DNA of 64,000 nucleotides. It comes from Azolla caroliniana. Taxonomy: Eukaryota > Plantae > Polypodiophyta. A program made the position numbers and the translations under genes. Numbering within the stretch: position 1 is the first letter of the stretch; each line of letters begins with the position of its first letter. The notes under the pieces were generated by a model. The model was not told the DNA's origin, made no database searches, and saw only the letters and a program-made list of their open reading frames with translations. The stretch is taken from NCBI GenBank assembly GCA_043228905.1, contig JBHGNT010000022.1, positions 1,240,001 through 1,304,000 on the forward strand, read 5' to 3'. Of the stretch, positions 39,197-52,499 are shown piece by piece.

Positions 39197-42100
39197 TGTT
39201 GAGAATGTTTAAAAGTTATAACGGCTAGCCCAACGGCTAGTTGTTTCCAACAGCTAGTTGGCCCAACGGCCATATCTTGGCCTTTATAAAGAGGAACTTT
39301 CTCCTCATGTAAAAATAAGCGATCTCTGTATTTTCTCCCTCTAGTTGTGACATACCAACGTATGTTACTGAACATATGTGCCTTCTCATTTTTCTTTATG
39401 GTATCAGAGCATAGATCCGCCCCTGTACGAAACCCTAGATCCACCCTTCTGCTGGTATGACAACAATTGGAACAACATTGTCCTAGCATCCAAGAGAGGA
39501 AAGGGGGATTTGTTTTTCATTTGGGATGACATTGCTATGTGATTGAGAGATGACTTGAGAAAAGAAGTCAGAAGAGGAGAGCAGAGATAGGCGAAGTTGA
39601 GAAGATGAATGAGGTGTTCTCAAAATTGAATGAGGATGAGGTGAAAACATTGGTGAAATACATGAAGCAGGCTGAGATTGTAGCATCTAGAGGTGTGACA
39701 GGAACACAACCACCACCCCGACTTGAACTCCTCCCAGTTGAGTTCAAACTTGATGGACCAACCACATACTTGAGTTGGTTGCGTCGGATTATAGGTGCCT
39801 TGGTAGGGAGAAGCCTTGACGGCTACCTAACGGGAGAAGAGAAAGAACCTATTGTCACAACGAGCAATGAATGGAAAGCATGGAGAGCTACCCACATGTC
39901 TTTGTACACGTGGCTTCTCAACTCCATGATTCCATCAATCGCCACAACAGTTGATGGAATTTTAAGTGTGAAGGGGATATAGGAGAAATTGCAAAAGACA
40001 TATGCTGGGAGGGGAAACAACATGAGAGTATTTCAAATCGAACAAGAGATAGATGCTGTTTGGCAGGGAGATAGGATGATTCAGGAATATGCCATAGAGC
40101 TGGAGCGTCTATGGGTAGAATATGATCATTTCTCGCCTGTGACAGTGTGCAATGATCCTTAATGTAAGAGCAAGGAAATTTCTGCTCAAAGAAGAACCAT
40201 GCAATTTTTGAAACATCTCAACCCGTCGTTTTATCAAAGAAGGGCAATTCTTCTAGCCAAGGCTGAAATTCCCACACTTGATGAGGCAATTGCGACTATG
40301 ATACAAGAGGAGAGTAGAATGAAGCTACTCTTTGACACTACCAGACTTCCAGGGGTACGATCAGCACTAATGGTGTCAAATTCAAGCGGAAGTGAAAATT
40401 GAAAATGCTACAATTGTGGTGAAGCTGGTCATTTAAAGAATGCTTGCCCTAAACCATCGAAGGAGAGAGAATATGGAGGATGTGGACAAACTCGAGGTCG
40501 TAGTCGAGGGGGCCGAAGAGGTGCAAGAGGAGGTCACCAAGCAAACTTGATGGTAACAAAAGAAGAGGAAGGAACTAAGGTGGTGTTCACCAAAGAGGAT
40601 CAAGCTCTCTTAGAAATACTTAGGAGGAAGCAAAGAGCCGCAGATGATACTTCATTCATGTCAAGAGGTAACATTGCCACCTATGCTTATTCAGCCACAA
40701 GTACTAGCAACACAAATACTCTTGCCGCTACACTAGAATGGATAATTGATTCTAGTGCATCTAGGCATGTAATAGGTAATACTAGTGAATTCTCCTCGTA
40801 TATTGACTTATCAATGCTAGAAAGCATTCAAATTGCTGATAGTACAACACAACCTGTAGTGGGTATAGGTACAATAAAATGTACCGACTCTGTGACATTG
40901 TCTAATGTGTTGCATGCTCCTTCTTTCCTAGTAAACTTATTATCCATAAGTTCTATTAGACACCAACTAAACTGTGTTGTTTCTTTTGATATTCCCAAGG
41001 TGATATTCCAAGAGAAAGGGACAAGTCGGAGACTTGGGACTGGCACATGGCATAATGGACTATGGTATTTGGATCATGAAGGGTTGGATTCAACATTAGC
41101 ATCTATGGTAGAGGGAACAGATGTAAGGGGATCTAAAATGAGTTATGAGGAGTTGTTGATACTTTACCACCAACGTATGGGACATACCTCTTATGGCGTT
41201 TTGAGTCGGGTGTATCCAAACCTTTGTGAAAAGGCTGATAAAACAAAACTTGTTTGTGATGCATGTGAATTTGGTAAGCTTACTAAAAGCTCATATGCTA
41301 GTTCAGGTCATAGGAGTTCCCATGCATTTGATGTAATACACTCCGATGTTTGGGGACCATGTTCCACAAGTTCTATTAATGGATATCGATATTTTGTCTC
41401 TTTCATTGATTGCTTCTCTCGTGTGACTTGGTTATATTTGATGAGGAAAAAGAATGAAGTATTTTCTTGTTTTAAAGATTTTCATAGAACAGTTCAAACT
41501 CAATATGGTGCAGTAGTAAAAGTGTTGAGGTCTGATAATGGAACAGAGTATGCTAACATGACATTTAGGGCATACCTCTCATATCAAGGAATACAACATC
41601 AAACTACATGCCCATATACACCAGAACAAAATGGAGTAGCAGAGAGGAATAATATACATCTTCTAGAGGTAACGAGAAGCATGATGATTTCTATGAATGT
41701 CCCAAAGCAGTTGTGGGGACATGCAGTTTTGACGGCTGCCACATTGATCAATAGAATGCCCTCTAGAGTTTTGGAATGGAAGTCTCCATGTGAGTTGTTG
41801 CAAGGCAATAAATCTGGAACCCTTCCTTTGAAGGTGTTTGGATGTATGTGTTTTGTAAAGGACAGTAGACCATTTGTAGGAAAACTTGATCCTAAAGCTG
41901 TAAAATGTGTATTTATGGAATACTCTGCCACACAAAAAGGCTATGTTTGCTGGAGTCCAGTAGAGAAGAGATTATTTGTGAGCATGGATGTGCATTTCAG
42001 AGAGTCAGAGCCATATTATAAACAAGTGGTAACTTCACCCTTTGATGACTTAATTGAGACTGAAAATATGAGGGAAGGAGATAATGGTGAGAGGTTGCTA

Positions 42101-44283
42101 AAAATAGGGTCAATTCCTTTACTGATCCCTACATCAGCTGAGAAACAAGTGAGCGTAGGCGGTACGGAAGAAGAAGGAAACGAAGACGAGGAGCCTATAT
42201 GTGTTGGGACTCAAGCTAAGGAGGAGCTAAAGGTGTATACAAGGAAGAGGAGGCAAAAAGAAGGAAATATGAACACATCTTCAGTGCCACATGTGCCATC
42301 AAGTTCCATGTCCCGACCTGCCTCGACTTCTGAAATACCTACAGAACTCCCAAACCCAGAAATCACAGGTGATATGATTTCCTCTCCTTCTCCTATAGAG
42401 ATTAGGAGGACCTCTCGCAGTAATGCAGGAGTCCCTCCTGATCGTTATGGTTTTCCTCATGATATTGCTCAGTTTATCTCTTATTCTAACATATCAGCTA
42501 CACATAGAGCATTCACTGCATCATTAGACTCTGTCACTTTACCCAAGTGTTGGCAGGTTGCTAAAGAAGATCCAAAATGGAAAGCAGCCATGCAAGAAGA
42601 ACTCAGAGCTCTTGAGAAGAACAAAACTTGGGAGATTGTGTCACTACCACTAGGAAAGAAGGTGGTTGGGTGCAAATGGGTGTTTACAATAAAACAGACC
42701 CTAGAGGGAAAAATAGATCGATACAAGGCACGATTGGTGGCTAAAGGATATAGTCAGACATATGACATTGACTACAATGAGACTTTTGCACTTGTGGCAA
42801 AGATGAGCACTGTTAGAACGCTTATTTCCTTAGCAATGAATAAGGATTGGAAATTACATCAATTAGATGTAAAAAATGCATTCCTTCATGGAGAGTTGAT
42901 GGAGGAAGTGTACATGGATGTCCCCCTAGGTTTTGGTACAATTCAAACAATAGGTAAGGTTTGTAGACTAAGGAAGTGGCTTTATGGACTGAACCAATCT
43001 CCTCGAGCCTGGTTCGACAGGTTAAGAAGGGCTATGGTGGGTATGGGATACCAATAGACAAATGCAAACCATACAGTGTTTTTTCGACAACACAAGGATC
43101 ATACTACATTACTTGTTGTGTATGTGGATGATATAATTATCATGGGTAATGATGAAGGGGAAATTGCCCAACTGAAGGTGCAATTGGGTAAAGAGTTTGG
43201 GGTGAAGGATCTAGGATTGCTACGATACTATCTTGGAATTGAGGTAGCTCGTGGAGCAGAAGGAGTTGTTCTATGTTAGCGAAAATATGTATTAGATCTT
43301 CTCACAGAAACTGGAATGTTGGGTTGTAGGCCCGTAGCTTCTCCAATCGACCAAAAGATCAAGCTAACTGAACTTGCAGGAGAGAAAGTTGATCGTGACA
43401 GGTATCAAAGATTGGTAGGTCGGCTGATTTATTTGACTCACACCCATCCAGATATTTCATTTGCAGTAAGTGTGGTAAGTCGCTACATGCATGATCCGAG
43501 GAAAGATCATATGGATGCAATGTACCATATTCTGAGATATCTCAAAGGTGCCCTAGGGAAGGGATTAATCTTTAGAAAACATGGTCATTTTAACATTGAG
43601 GGCTATTGCGATTCTGATTGGGCTAGTTGTGCTAATGATAGGAAATCCACATCAGGATACTGCATGTTTGTTGGAGGCAATCTGGTCTCTTGGAAGAGTA
43701 AGAAACAGTTAGTAGTAGCAAGGTCAACAACCGAAGCAAAGTATAGAGCTATTGCTATAGGAGTTGCAGAGATGTTATGGCTGAGAACTCTCCTAGTAGA
43801 ACTAAAGGTGAATCAAGAAAATCAGATGATGTTGTGGTGTGACAATAAGTTAGCAATCAACATTGCCTACAATCCGGTACAGCACGATAGGACCAAGCAC
43901 ATCGAAATCAACAGATTCTTTATCAAGGAAAAGCTTGATAATGGAATATTAAAATTGAGTCATGTTTCTACTGAACATCAGGTAGCAGATTGTCTTACAA
44001 AGGGACTTGGGCCAGTAAGTCTTACTAGATTGTGTGACAAGATGGGCTTAGTGGATATTTTTCGCCCATCTTGAGGGGGAGTGTTGAGAATGTTTAGAAG
44101 TTATAACGGCTAGCCCAACGGCTAGTTGTTTCCAACAGCTAGTTAGCCCAACGGCCATATCTTGGCCTTTATAAAGAGGAACTTTCTCCTAATGTAAAAA
44201 TAAGCGATCTCTGTATTTTCTCCCTCTAGTTGTGACATACCGATGTATATTACTAAACAGATGTGCCTTCTCATTTTTCTTTA
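39197..44283 (+). mobile_element. Structurally complete Ty1/Copia element (Ale-like) with 202-bp LTRs; gag-pol inactivated by 5 in-frame stops
   Basis: LTRs 39197-39398 and 44082-44283 (8 differences by eye), TSD GAGAG on both sides, PBS 39399-39410 and PPT TGAGGGGGAG. A single frame 39605-44074 carries the CCHC knuckle, protease, integrase, RT YVDD and RNase H. Confidence 0.97.
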
Positions 44284-46635
44284 GAGAGCCCATTTTATAA
44301 TCCTAGCTAACACACTAACATGTTGGAGAATATATGGTAGTAAGGGCAATGACTTAATATCTTTTTGGTAAGGTAGAGCTTCTAGTGCCTTAATCTTTGA
44401 TGGATCCACCTTGATTCCTTGAAGAGATACCACATGACCAAGCATCACCACCTCTTTTTCACCAATGCGACACTTGTCAGGGTTGAGTTGTCCTTTGCAC
44501 TCATCGAGTCTTTTGAAAGCTGCCTACACCTTCTCTAGATGATCAATCTTTTTGCTATATATAGTAATATCATCGATAAACACCCTTACAAACTTTCCAA
44601 AAAAGGGTTGAAATACATGAATAGCCAAACGATTAAAAGTAAAAACGGCATTAGTTAATCCAAAGGGCATACACCTATATGCAAAACAACCCCAAGGAGT
44701 AATAAATGTGCTTTTTCTTTGGTCTTCTTTGACGATTCTTATTTGAAAATAACTAGAATAACCATCGCAAATGGTGTATAGCTCGTGCCCAACAATCTCA
44801 TCCAAAATCTCATCTTGGAAAGGAAGTGGAAAATGATCTCGTTTGGTTGAAGCAGTTAAGGGTTTGAAGTCGATACATACCCGCCACTTGCCATTCTTTT
44901 TCGGAACTACCACAACTGGTGACACCCACTCAGAATCCTCCACGGGGTAAATGAAACCTGCTCTCAACAATGCTTTGACTTCCTTTTGTACCACACCTAA
45001 TCGGCGAAGCTTTTGAGCAACCGGTACACTCCTTTCCTTTAAATTGATGTGATGCTTGATGACATCTACTCCTCTTATATGCGAATAGTCATTCATGAAT
45101 AATTTTGGAAACTCAGAAAGAAGAGAAATAAACCTTTGACGCTCTTCTCCTTGGATATCTTTGGAAATCATCTTCTCTTTCTCCTCCAAGGTGATAATGC
45201 TTTCTTCTTCAATGCCTTCTCCTTCGTCTTTAGACACCACATAGGATGTATTTTCCTCCCAATCCGACGAGGATTCATCACTTGATAAGCTTTCCCTTTC
45301 TCGTTTGCTATTGTAGGAAGACAATTCTTTCTCCCTTTCACCTTTAATTACTCGTTGTAGATGTATGTCGTAAAAGATGTTGAACCCCTCCGATGGTGAT
45401 AAGGTCATGATGCCATTACTCCAATCCTGGATTACATTTAACTCTTTCATCTAAGGTCTTCCTAATACTAAGGAATAAGATGGCCTTTTAAGAGGTATGA
45501 CAAGAAAATACATGGAAATAGATAATACCAAAACATTCAATCACCACATCCTCTATAATTCCCAAACAAGGAACCAAACTCCCATCAACTACAACTACTT
45601 TTGCCGAGGACTTCTTACAAATGGGAATTCCAATCTTAGTTACTAAAACCTCAGATATAAGGCTTACTCTAACACCACTATCTACCAAGGCATCCTGAAT
45701 TAAAAAACCTTTTATGGTTACTAGGATAGTTGGTCGAATATCCATTCGATCTTTTATTTGCACAACTCCCGCATAATGTAATGTCCTTACGCTCTTTCGT
45801 ATGCTCGATAGGTGTCCCCACTCCTTTCGTAGTGATGGAGAAAGTTGGAGAAGTTGTGGCCAAGTGATGCGTGGTCCACTAGAGATTAGCTCTTTCTTGA
45901 CATCGAATGGTTCCACACCTTTCCCCATCGGCATATCATCAATTTTAATATTTCTTCGCAAATGTTTCTTTCTAGGCTCATCCTCCAAGTTAGTCTCCTT
46001 AGTCTTCTTCTTTTGTTGAGAGTTACTAGCCTCTCCTTCCAATATTATATATTTTTGTGATTCCCTAATTCTCTTTATGGGTGCAACATCACATTCTTCA
46101 TCTGTATCATACATAAAGTCAAGAAGATTTACATTAGGGGGAATTGTTGGAATTTGAGTTGAGATGTTTTCCCCTCCCTCCACTCGCGTGTTGAGCTAGT
46201 TAATATTATTGTTTTGATTGCCTTGTAGTTTATGCATGGCTCGACCCCAACCACCTTGTTGTCGTGAAGGGCATCATGTTGATATATGCCCCTCGATACC
46301 ACACATGTAGCACACAACCACTCTTCTTTCCCTTGGAACATCTCGAGTTTGACTTACATTAAAATTTGCTTGCATTTGTTGGATTTGTCGAGTAACTTCA
46401 TCCAAACACCGATTTAATTGCTTCGAGAAATCCCCCTCTAATTTAGGTGGAATAGTTTCTTGCAATACAGAGGTATTAGTTTGATATGTTGTTGGAGATG
46501 TCATAAAAACATTAGGAAACGCTTGCCCACCATGCAAAATTGATGATTGATTAAGAATAGGGGATGCAATTAGATTACCTCCAATTGTTGCTACTATCAA
46601 ATCAGCTCTTGTTTGTAGAACCATGATTTGTCTAT

Positions 46636-47555
46636 TGTTCATGAGCTTGACAAGTTTGCATCGGATATGCAATCGGAGTAGCTAGCCGGTTCATGAGCAA
46701 TCTGGGAAGAGAACATTGGAACGCGGTCAAATGGATACTCCGATACTTGAAGGGAACCTCAGACATGTGCCTCTGGTTCAACTTAGGTAAACCCCAACTT
46801 GACGGATTCACGGATTTGGATATGTCGGCTGATGCGGATACCAACCGGTTTACATCTGGATATGTCATGACTTATGTAGGGGGAGCTGTTTCGTGGCAGT
46901 TGAGGCTATAGAAGACAGTTTCGTGGCAATCGAGGTTGTAGAAGACAGTTGCGTTGTCAACTACAGAGGTTGAGTATATGGCAGTTGTGGAAGTTAGCAA
47001 GGAGATAATCTGAATGAAGGACTTCATCGGAGAGCTAGGGATTCGACAAGAGGAATACTGGCTCTACTGTGACAGTCAAAGTGCCATCCACCTTGCGAAG
47101 AATGCGGCGTACCACTCCAGGACAAACCACATCCAACGTAAGGTACCACTGGATCAAGGGAGACTAGAAGACAAGGATTTCGTGTTGATGAAGGTTCACA
47201 TGGAGGAGAACGGGTCGGACATGCTAACCAAGGTGCTGACAACCGACAAGTTGGACGCGTGCCGAAGGCGGATCGGGCTGACGAGACATCCCATGCCGGA
47301 GTGAAGGGGGAGATTGTTGGGATTTCGGTCCCTCCGGATGGGATCCGGATATGAATGAAGAGGACCCGGATGAGATCCGAAAACCAGATCTGATGGATTC
47401 GGTGAAAACCGAAAGATGGGACATATTTGTAAATATGTTAGAGGTTATACTTGTAAATAGTCCTAAGATCATATGAGTATAAATATGACTTAGGGCAATC
47501 ATTTTGTTGTGTGTGCAGAGGTTGTTATTATTTTGTTGTATGTGAGTAACTGTTG

Positions 47556-47593
<38 letters not shown>

Positions 47594-47822
47594 ACGAGCA
47601 GTCTCTGTTGTAACCGCCGCTTGGCGAAGATTGTGAGCACGAGGTCATTGCCTCTGTGTTTCCACTTTGTATTTCCTCTTGTATAGTGATAGTTCGGAGT
47701 CCGTGGGTTCCCGTGGTTTTTCCCGATTAGGGTTTTCCACGTAAACATCATGTGTCCTCTATCGTTGTTCTGTGTACGTGCATTCATCATCCCTATTTCC
47801 CATTTCTGTGTTTGATCCTTCA
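46636..47822 (+). mobile_element. 3' fragment of a Copia element (RT end, RNase H, PPT, 3' LTR) inside the Tat gag
   Basis: HWNAVKWILRYLKGT, YCDSQSAIHLAKN, PPT GAAGGGGGAGAT, and an LTR from 47315 containing (AG)n. The LTR end is approximate. Confidence 0.85.
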
Positions 47823-49041
47823 TAGAGTGATTTAAGACTTGGTTGTGGCCGAGCAATATTCCGATTAGTTCTTGTGACGTTGAGGACATCCGCAAACGAT
47901 ATAGTTCCTTTCGCACTTCCGTTGCATTACGACGTCTAATATACTTCGCTTTAAATTGCTGCACCAATAGTTGGTAATTAACTTGTTGGTTCGTTGGCAA
48001 GGACTCATACCAATCCCTTGCTCGTCCATAAAAAGTGGCCACCAATAGAGGAAGCTTCTCCAAATCTGTCATCTTCCCTATTGATATTGTGTGATGTTCG
48101 AAGGCAGCCAAGAATGCTCCCCCATCTTGGACCCCATCTCCTGCAAAAGCAAATTGAAAAGCCATATTGGCTAAAAATAAGACCTTTTAACAATACGGAC
48201 AAAATTGGCCTTTCCTCCGATACGGAAAGAATTGCCCTCCCTGGAGCGCCAAAATGATGAGGAGAGAGAGAAAAACGATAGAGAAGAGAAGAGGAAGAGA
48301 AAAGAATACTTCAATATACTATTTAGAAAAGAATACAATCCACTTAGACATCAAAAGTAACAATCCCAATTAACTACTTCAATATACTATTAGTAAAATA
48401 GTCTTTCCTTTTTCTCTCTTTTTTCTACTAATCTTCTTCTCACTTCTTCTAATCTTCTTATTCTTCCTCACTTCTTGTAGATCTTCTATCCCTTTTTTAT
48501 ATTGCTAAGAATACCCTCATATTTATAGGTTTTTAGTTGCGTTATTCTTTTCTTTTACATATCCTCGAATTTGTGTGAAGCGTTTTTCATATCATTATTT
48601 CTATTTTTTCATCCAAATTTATCATACAAGAAAGCTCTCTTTGTTAACTTTCTTATGAATCTTTTCTTTTGAAATTTGGATATGAGGTGAAGAAGTTATG
48701 AGCTTTGTTCTCTACCTTGCTTTCTCTGCCTTATTATGCGTTTTTTTCCTTTTTATCTTTTTTCTTGCTTTTTCTACTTTTGGAAAATGCCTCTAACTTC
48801 ATATCCCTTCAATTTCATTCTTCTTTTAACTCTTGAACCTTTCACATTGTGCTTTATTCTTATAAACCTTAACATTTGATGCATTTGCCATGGTCTTTTC
48901 TTATAGCAGAAATTGACTTCACACATATAAATCAACTGACCTACCAATCTCTGATACCTTTCATGATCAACTTTCTCTCCTACAAGTCTAGTTAAGTTGA
49001 TCTTTGGTTTAATTAGAGACGTTACAGGCCTACATTGACAC

Positions 49042-49334
49042 TGTTGAGAATCAAGCTCAACCTGGTCTAGTGTGTGAACTCACCTTAAGAGTGAAGAGAC
49101 ACTCCAACGGTCAAGAGTCACCATTATGTCACCACTTTGTATTCTAGCATTTAGTATGAGTCATAGAATCATATTCTATGACACATAACTTATGAGCTTT
49201 CACATTCCCCATGCTCCATGAGGCTTGTAGTTAATGAAGAGAGAGGGTGACTACATAAAGCACTCTCCTCCAACCTTGTATAATGTTGAGTCTTTCTCCT
49301 TTGTTAATATACTTTTACCTTGCGTATTCTCTGT

Positions 49335-49399
<65 letters not shown>

Positions 49400-49469
49400 C
49401 ACACACACAACTCACATCTCTTCCGCTTCACAAGAATCCATCTTTTGATTCTTTACATGGTATCAGAGC
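49042..49469 (+). mobile_element. Copia-type LTR plus PBS with no recognisable gag downstream
   Basis: TGTTGAGAATCAAGCTCAAC (49042)..TTTACA (49457), then TGGTATCAGAGC. The termini resemble the LTR at 58421. Confidence 0.85.
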
Positions 49470-50613
49470 GATTTGGTAGCTCGATCTAGCCCATTCGCCT
49501 CATCGTGATCGTGTGTTGTGCTCCATGCCGACGACCAAGAACCGGCTCATCGCTATTGTAGCTTCGCTACATAGCTCGCATTCGAAGAGAGAAGAAGAAG
49601 AAGAAGAATCGACATAATGAATACTCAAATGGCAACATTTACATCCCATTTGTTGCTGCATCTCATGTGACTACTTACTACCATCGTGGTATGTTATGGG
49701 TAGTTCATCTCATGTATATGTGTTTTATCTGGTCTTTCGTTTAAAAATCTGCTGCGGTGATTCTGATGGACCTCTGTACTATGTGCATAGAAGCAGGATG
49801 TAGTAGGTATTGTGTCAGTATATGTATATGTATGCATATACATATGTAGTATATACATGTCTATATGAATGTAATCTTTATCTATAATGTAGGTAATGTG
49901 TCAGTATATGTATATGCATGCATATATGTATGTTGTATATACATGTCTATGTGTATGTATGTGTTACTTCTCTTCTACACAGAATTGTCCAGAAACAAAC
50001 TCTAATGAGAACAATTACTTATTGTCTCCAATCATTGTTTTCTGCCCATAAACGTGTCTGGTTTTCTTTCTGTTTTGACCACATGGCTACTCTCTCTCCT
50101 GCCTTCCATTTTCTTGAGTACTTGTATATGAATCACATTTTGGGTATCTTGCAATCAAGTCATTATGACCAACCTATTTCTGACACACATCAGTCATAAG
50201 TTTTCACACTCGCAATCTTTATATTCGGGATGTCTCGTAAAGTAAATAGAAGAGCATATATATGGCCTCTGCTTTTAAGATTTCTGGTCTGAAGATAGAT
50301 CTAGTGGCCTGCTACTGGTCACGAAGTCATAACATTTTTGGCAGGTTTTCACATCACATTGAGATTTCTAACCGCAAAAAGGTGTATATATACTTCTCTT
50401 AATATTTCGATCTGTAGACAGATACACTGCTCATTGGGGATTCCCACCAGTAATATAATGCAATAAAAAAGCGTGTTAAGTACATATATAAATATATGAT
50501 GTAGGTATAATGTCTTCATATAGCTGCATCTCATTTCATTCACTTTTGCACAATCATGTGTAACTTTCATTAATGTTGAGTTTTTGGTTTTTATTGTGCC
50601 TTCTTGACTCTAG

Positions 50614-51170
50614 GTTTTGCACCCTTGGAAGACAGTTACTACAGAAAATGGCTACATAGGTGAATGCTCGTAGCAGCTTGGTTTCTAACATGCCTTTTTG
50701 TTTGCATTATTTGGGAGTTCAGCATGTGTAATCATTTATGGTGCAAAGCAGTGGACAGGTTGTAACATTAGAAGAGACACAAGCTGGCACAATGAAAAAA
50801 GTTCCATTGGTTATCCAAGTAAGTGTTTGAGTTTCTATTTTTGATGTTGTAGGCTATTTTCTTATTTCATATGATTCAATGCATTAACTCTAATGTTTAC
50901 AAATGGACACTGTGTGATTAGGGCTTAAGCCCTACAGGTTATCTCCTTGGAGTTGATGATCAAAAAAACATGTATGAGCTACATCCTGATGGCAATAGGT
51001 AGTGAGTGAGATTCAGATTTATATTCTTCCATTACATTTTACAATCTTTCATAACGATTCATGGCTTCATCGTGGGGATTTATGCTCATTTTTAAGGTTC
51101 CTAATATTAATTGTTGTTTGGCAGTTTGGACTTTTTCAAAGGTCTTCTACGAACTAAGCTACAATCTTAG
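50614..51170 (+). pseudogene. HCS: Orphan last four exons of a holocarboxylase synthetase (biotin-protein ligase) gene
   Basis: Exons 50614-50659, 50752-50818, 50922-50998 and 51125-51170 with GT-AG introns give FAPLEDSYYRKWLHSGQVVTLEE...IQGLSPTGYLLGVDDQKNMYELHPDGNSLDFFKGLLRTKLQS*, matching the plant HCS C-terminus. No 5' exons were recognised in the window. Confidence 0.88.
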
Positions 51171-52499
51171 GATGTGAAGATGAGGGAATAACGATGTATT
51201 TAAAAGGATGTATTTAATAGAAATAGTTGTATTTATTTGAACCAAGTTTTATTTGTAATTGAAGCTACCAGTGCACTACTAAAAAATAAACCTCATCAAG
51301 CAAATCTATGTTGTTCTCTTGCAAAATTCCATCGCATGTGTTTACAATGGCAAACTAATTTATTAAAACTCTTTTAGTTCTGGGTATGTAGTCAGCTATC
51401 TTGTCAAAATGGGTATGATGTCTATTTTAAGAGTTTTCACTTCTTTGTGATACCTTACAAGGATTATGGTGAAAATTGTCAGAGGACATCATATCATCTA
51501 AAAATTGATATTTTGGAAAAATGAAAAGCTTCACTTGAGCATCCCCATTGTATGTGGATTCAATGGGCCTTGTAGATTTAATAACATCTTTTTGTTGCTA
51601 TACAAGCATCTATCTAGGGTCATATAATACAATTGTGTTTTCTTTCAGGATCATGATATCTTCTTTAGCATTAGGTAACTAAGAATAGCTTACCATTTAC
51701 TTTTTGAGGTTATGAATATTCATAGAAATTGTTCAATATTTACAATGATCCCAATCCCAATTTGATATTGGACAATGTCATACACCCTAGACCAAACAAG
51801 GGGGACTACATCTGAAAGCCAAATTCAGCTTATTCAATGGGCCAACATTGCCAAATTGAGCTCAATTCAATGGGCCGCCAACATAGTCTTTGCGAGTGTT
51901 TGGAAAGAGGTGGATCTCATACAGTGAAAACTTCGTTCTAATCGTTGAATTCATGCAACAGGAACACATTTACAATTGGAATTAATAGAAGCCGAGGGCA
52001 GGAACTAAAGAAGAATCTACTTGATTCTGATAAGTTAAAAGATTATATTTTCTACTAATATTTGGGAACCTATCAACAAGAAGAAAAACAGTTTCCCCCA
52101 ACTCTAGGAGACTCTTAGTAATGTCATATATATATATATATACTCTGTTTCTATTTGTCCTCTGAACTCTGAACTGGTACCGGACCATGTTAGAATTATT
52201 GTAAATTGAAGAGACCAAGCACACAATCAGGAGAAGACACATAGACTTGGCCATCGCAGAACTTTCCCCAGGATAATTGCCCACTGGGTTCTACGGGGCT
52301 AAACTTGCATTTTTTAAGGTCTTTTTTGTGACATAATCCATGGAAAGTGCAAAATGTTTTCTCTGCATCAATTCTTTTTTTTTGGGGGGGGGGGGGTTGT
52401 ATGCACATTGAAATCTGTTTTTTCTTTTTGTTTTTCCTAGGTTTTCTTCTTATATTAGTTCATTGTGGAAACTGAGCATCATGCTTGGAAACTTGTGGA

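Larger units (their letters stand above)
38910..49026 (-). mobile_element. Tat-lineage Gypsy element (5' LTR, PBS, gag, protease, RT, additional archaeal-type RNase H), interrupted twice and 3'-truncated
   Basis: LTR ~49026-48255 and PBS TGGCGCTCCAGGGAGG (48251-48236, tRNA-Asn-like). Gag starts at 48165. Also CYMCGIEGH knuckle, ALVDSG protease, RT with FIDD (45450-44524) and an FTLFFDGA RNase H (39137-38910). The frame KWAL|QLVEYDF continues across the Copia insertion. Confidence 0.88.

Noticed and set aside
46636-47822. Idea that this Copia 3' end belongs to the Copia starting at 28354
   Set aside because: Its LTR sequence does not match the 28354-28701 LTR.
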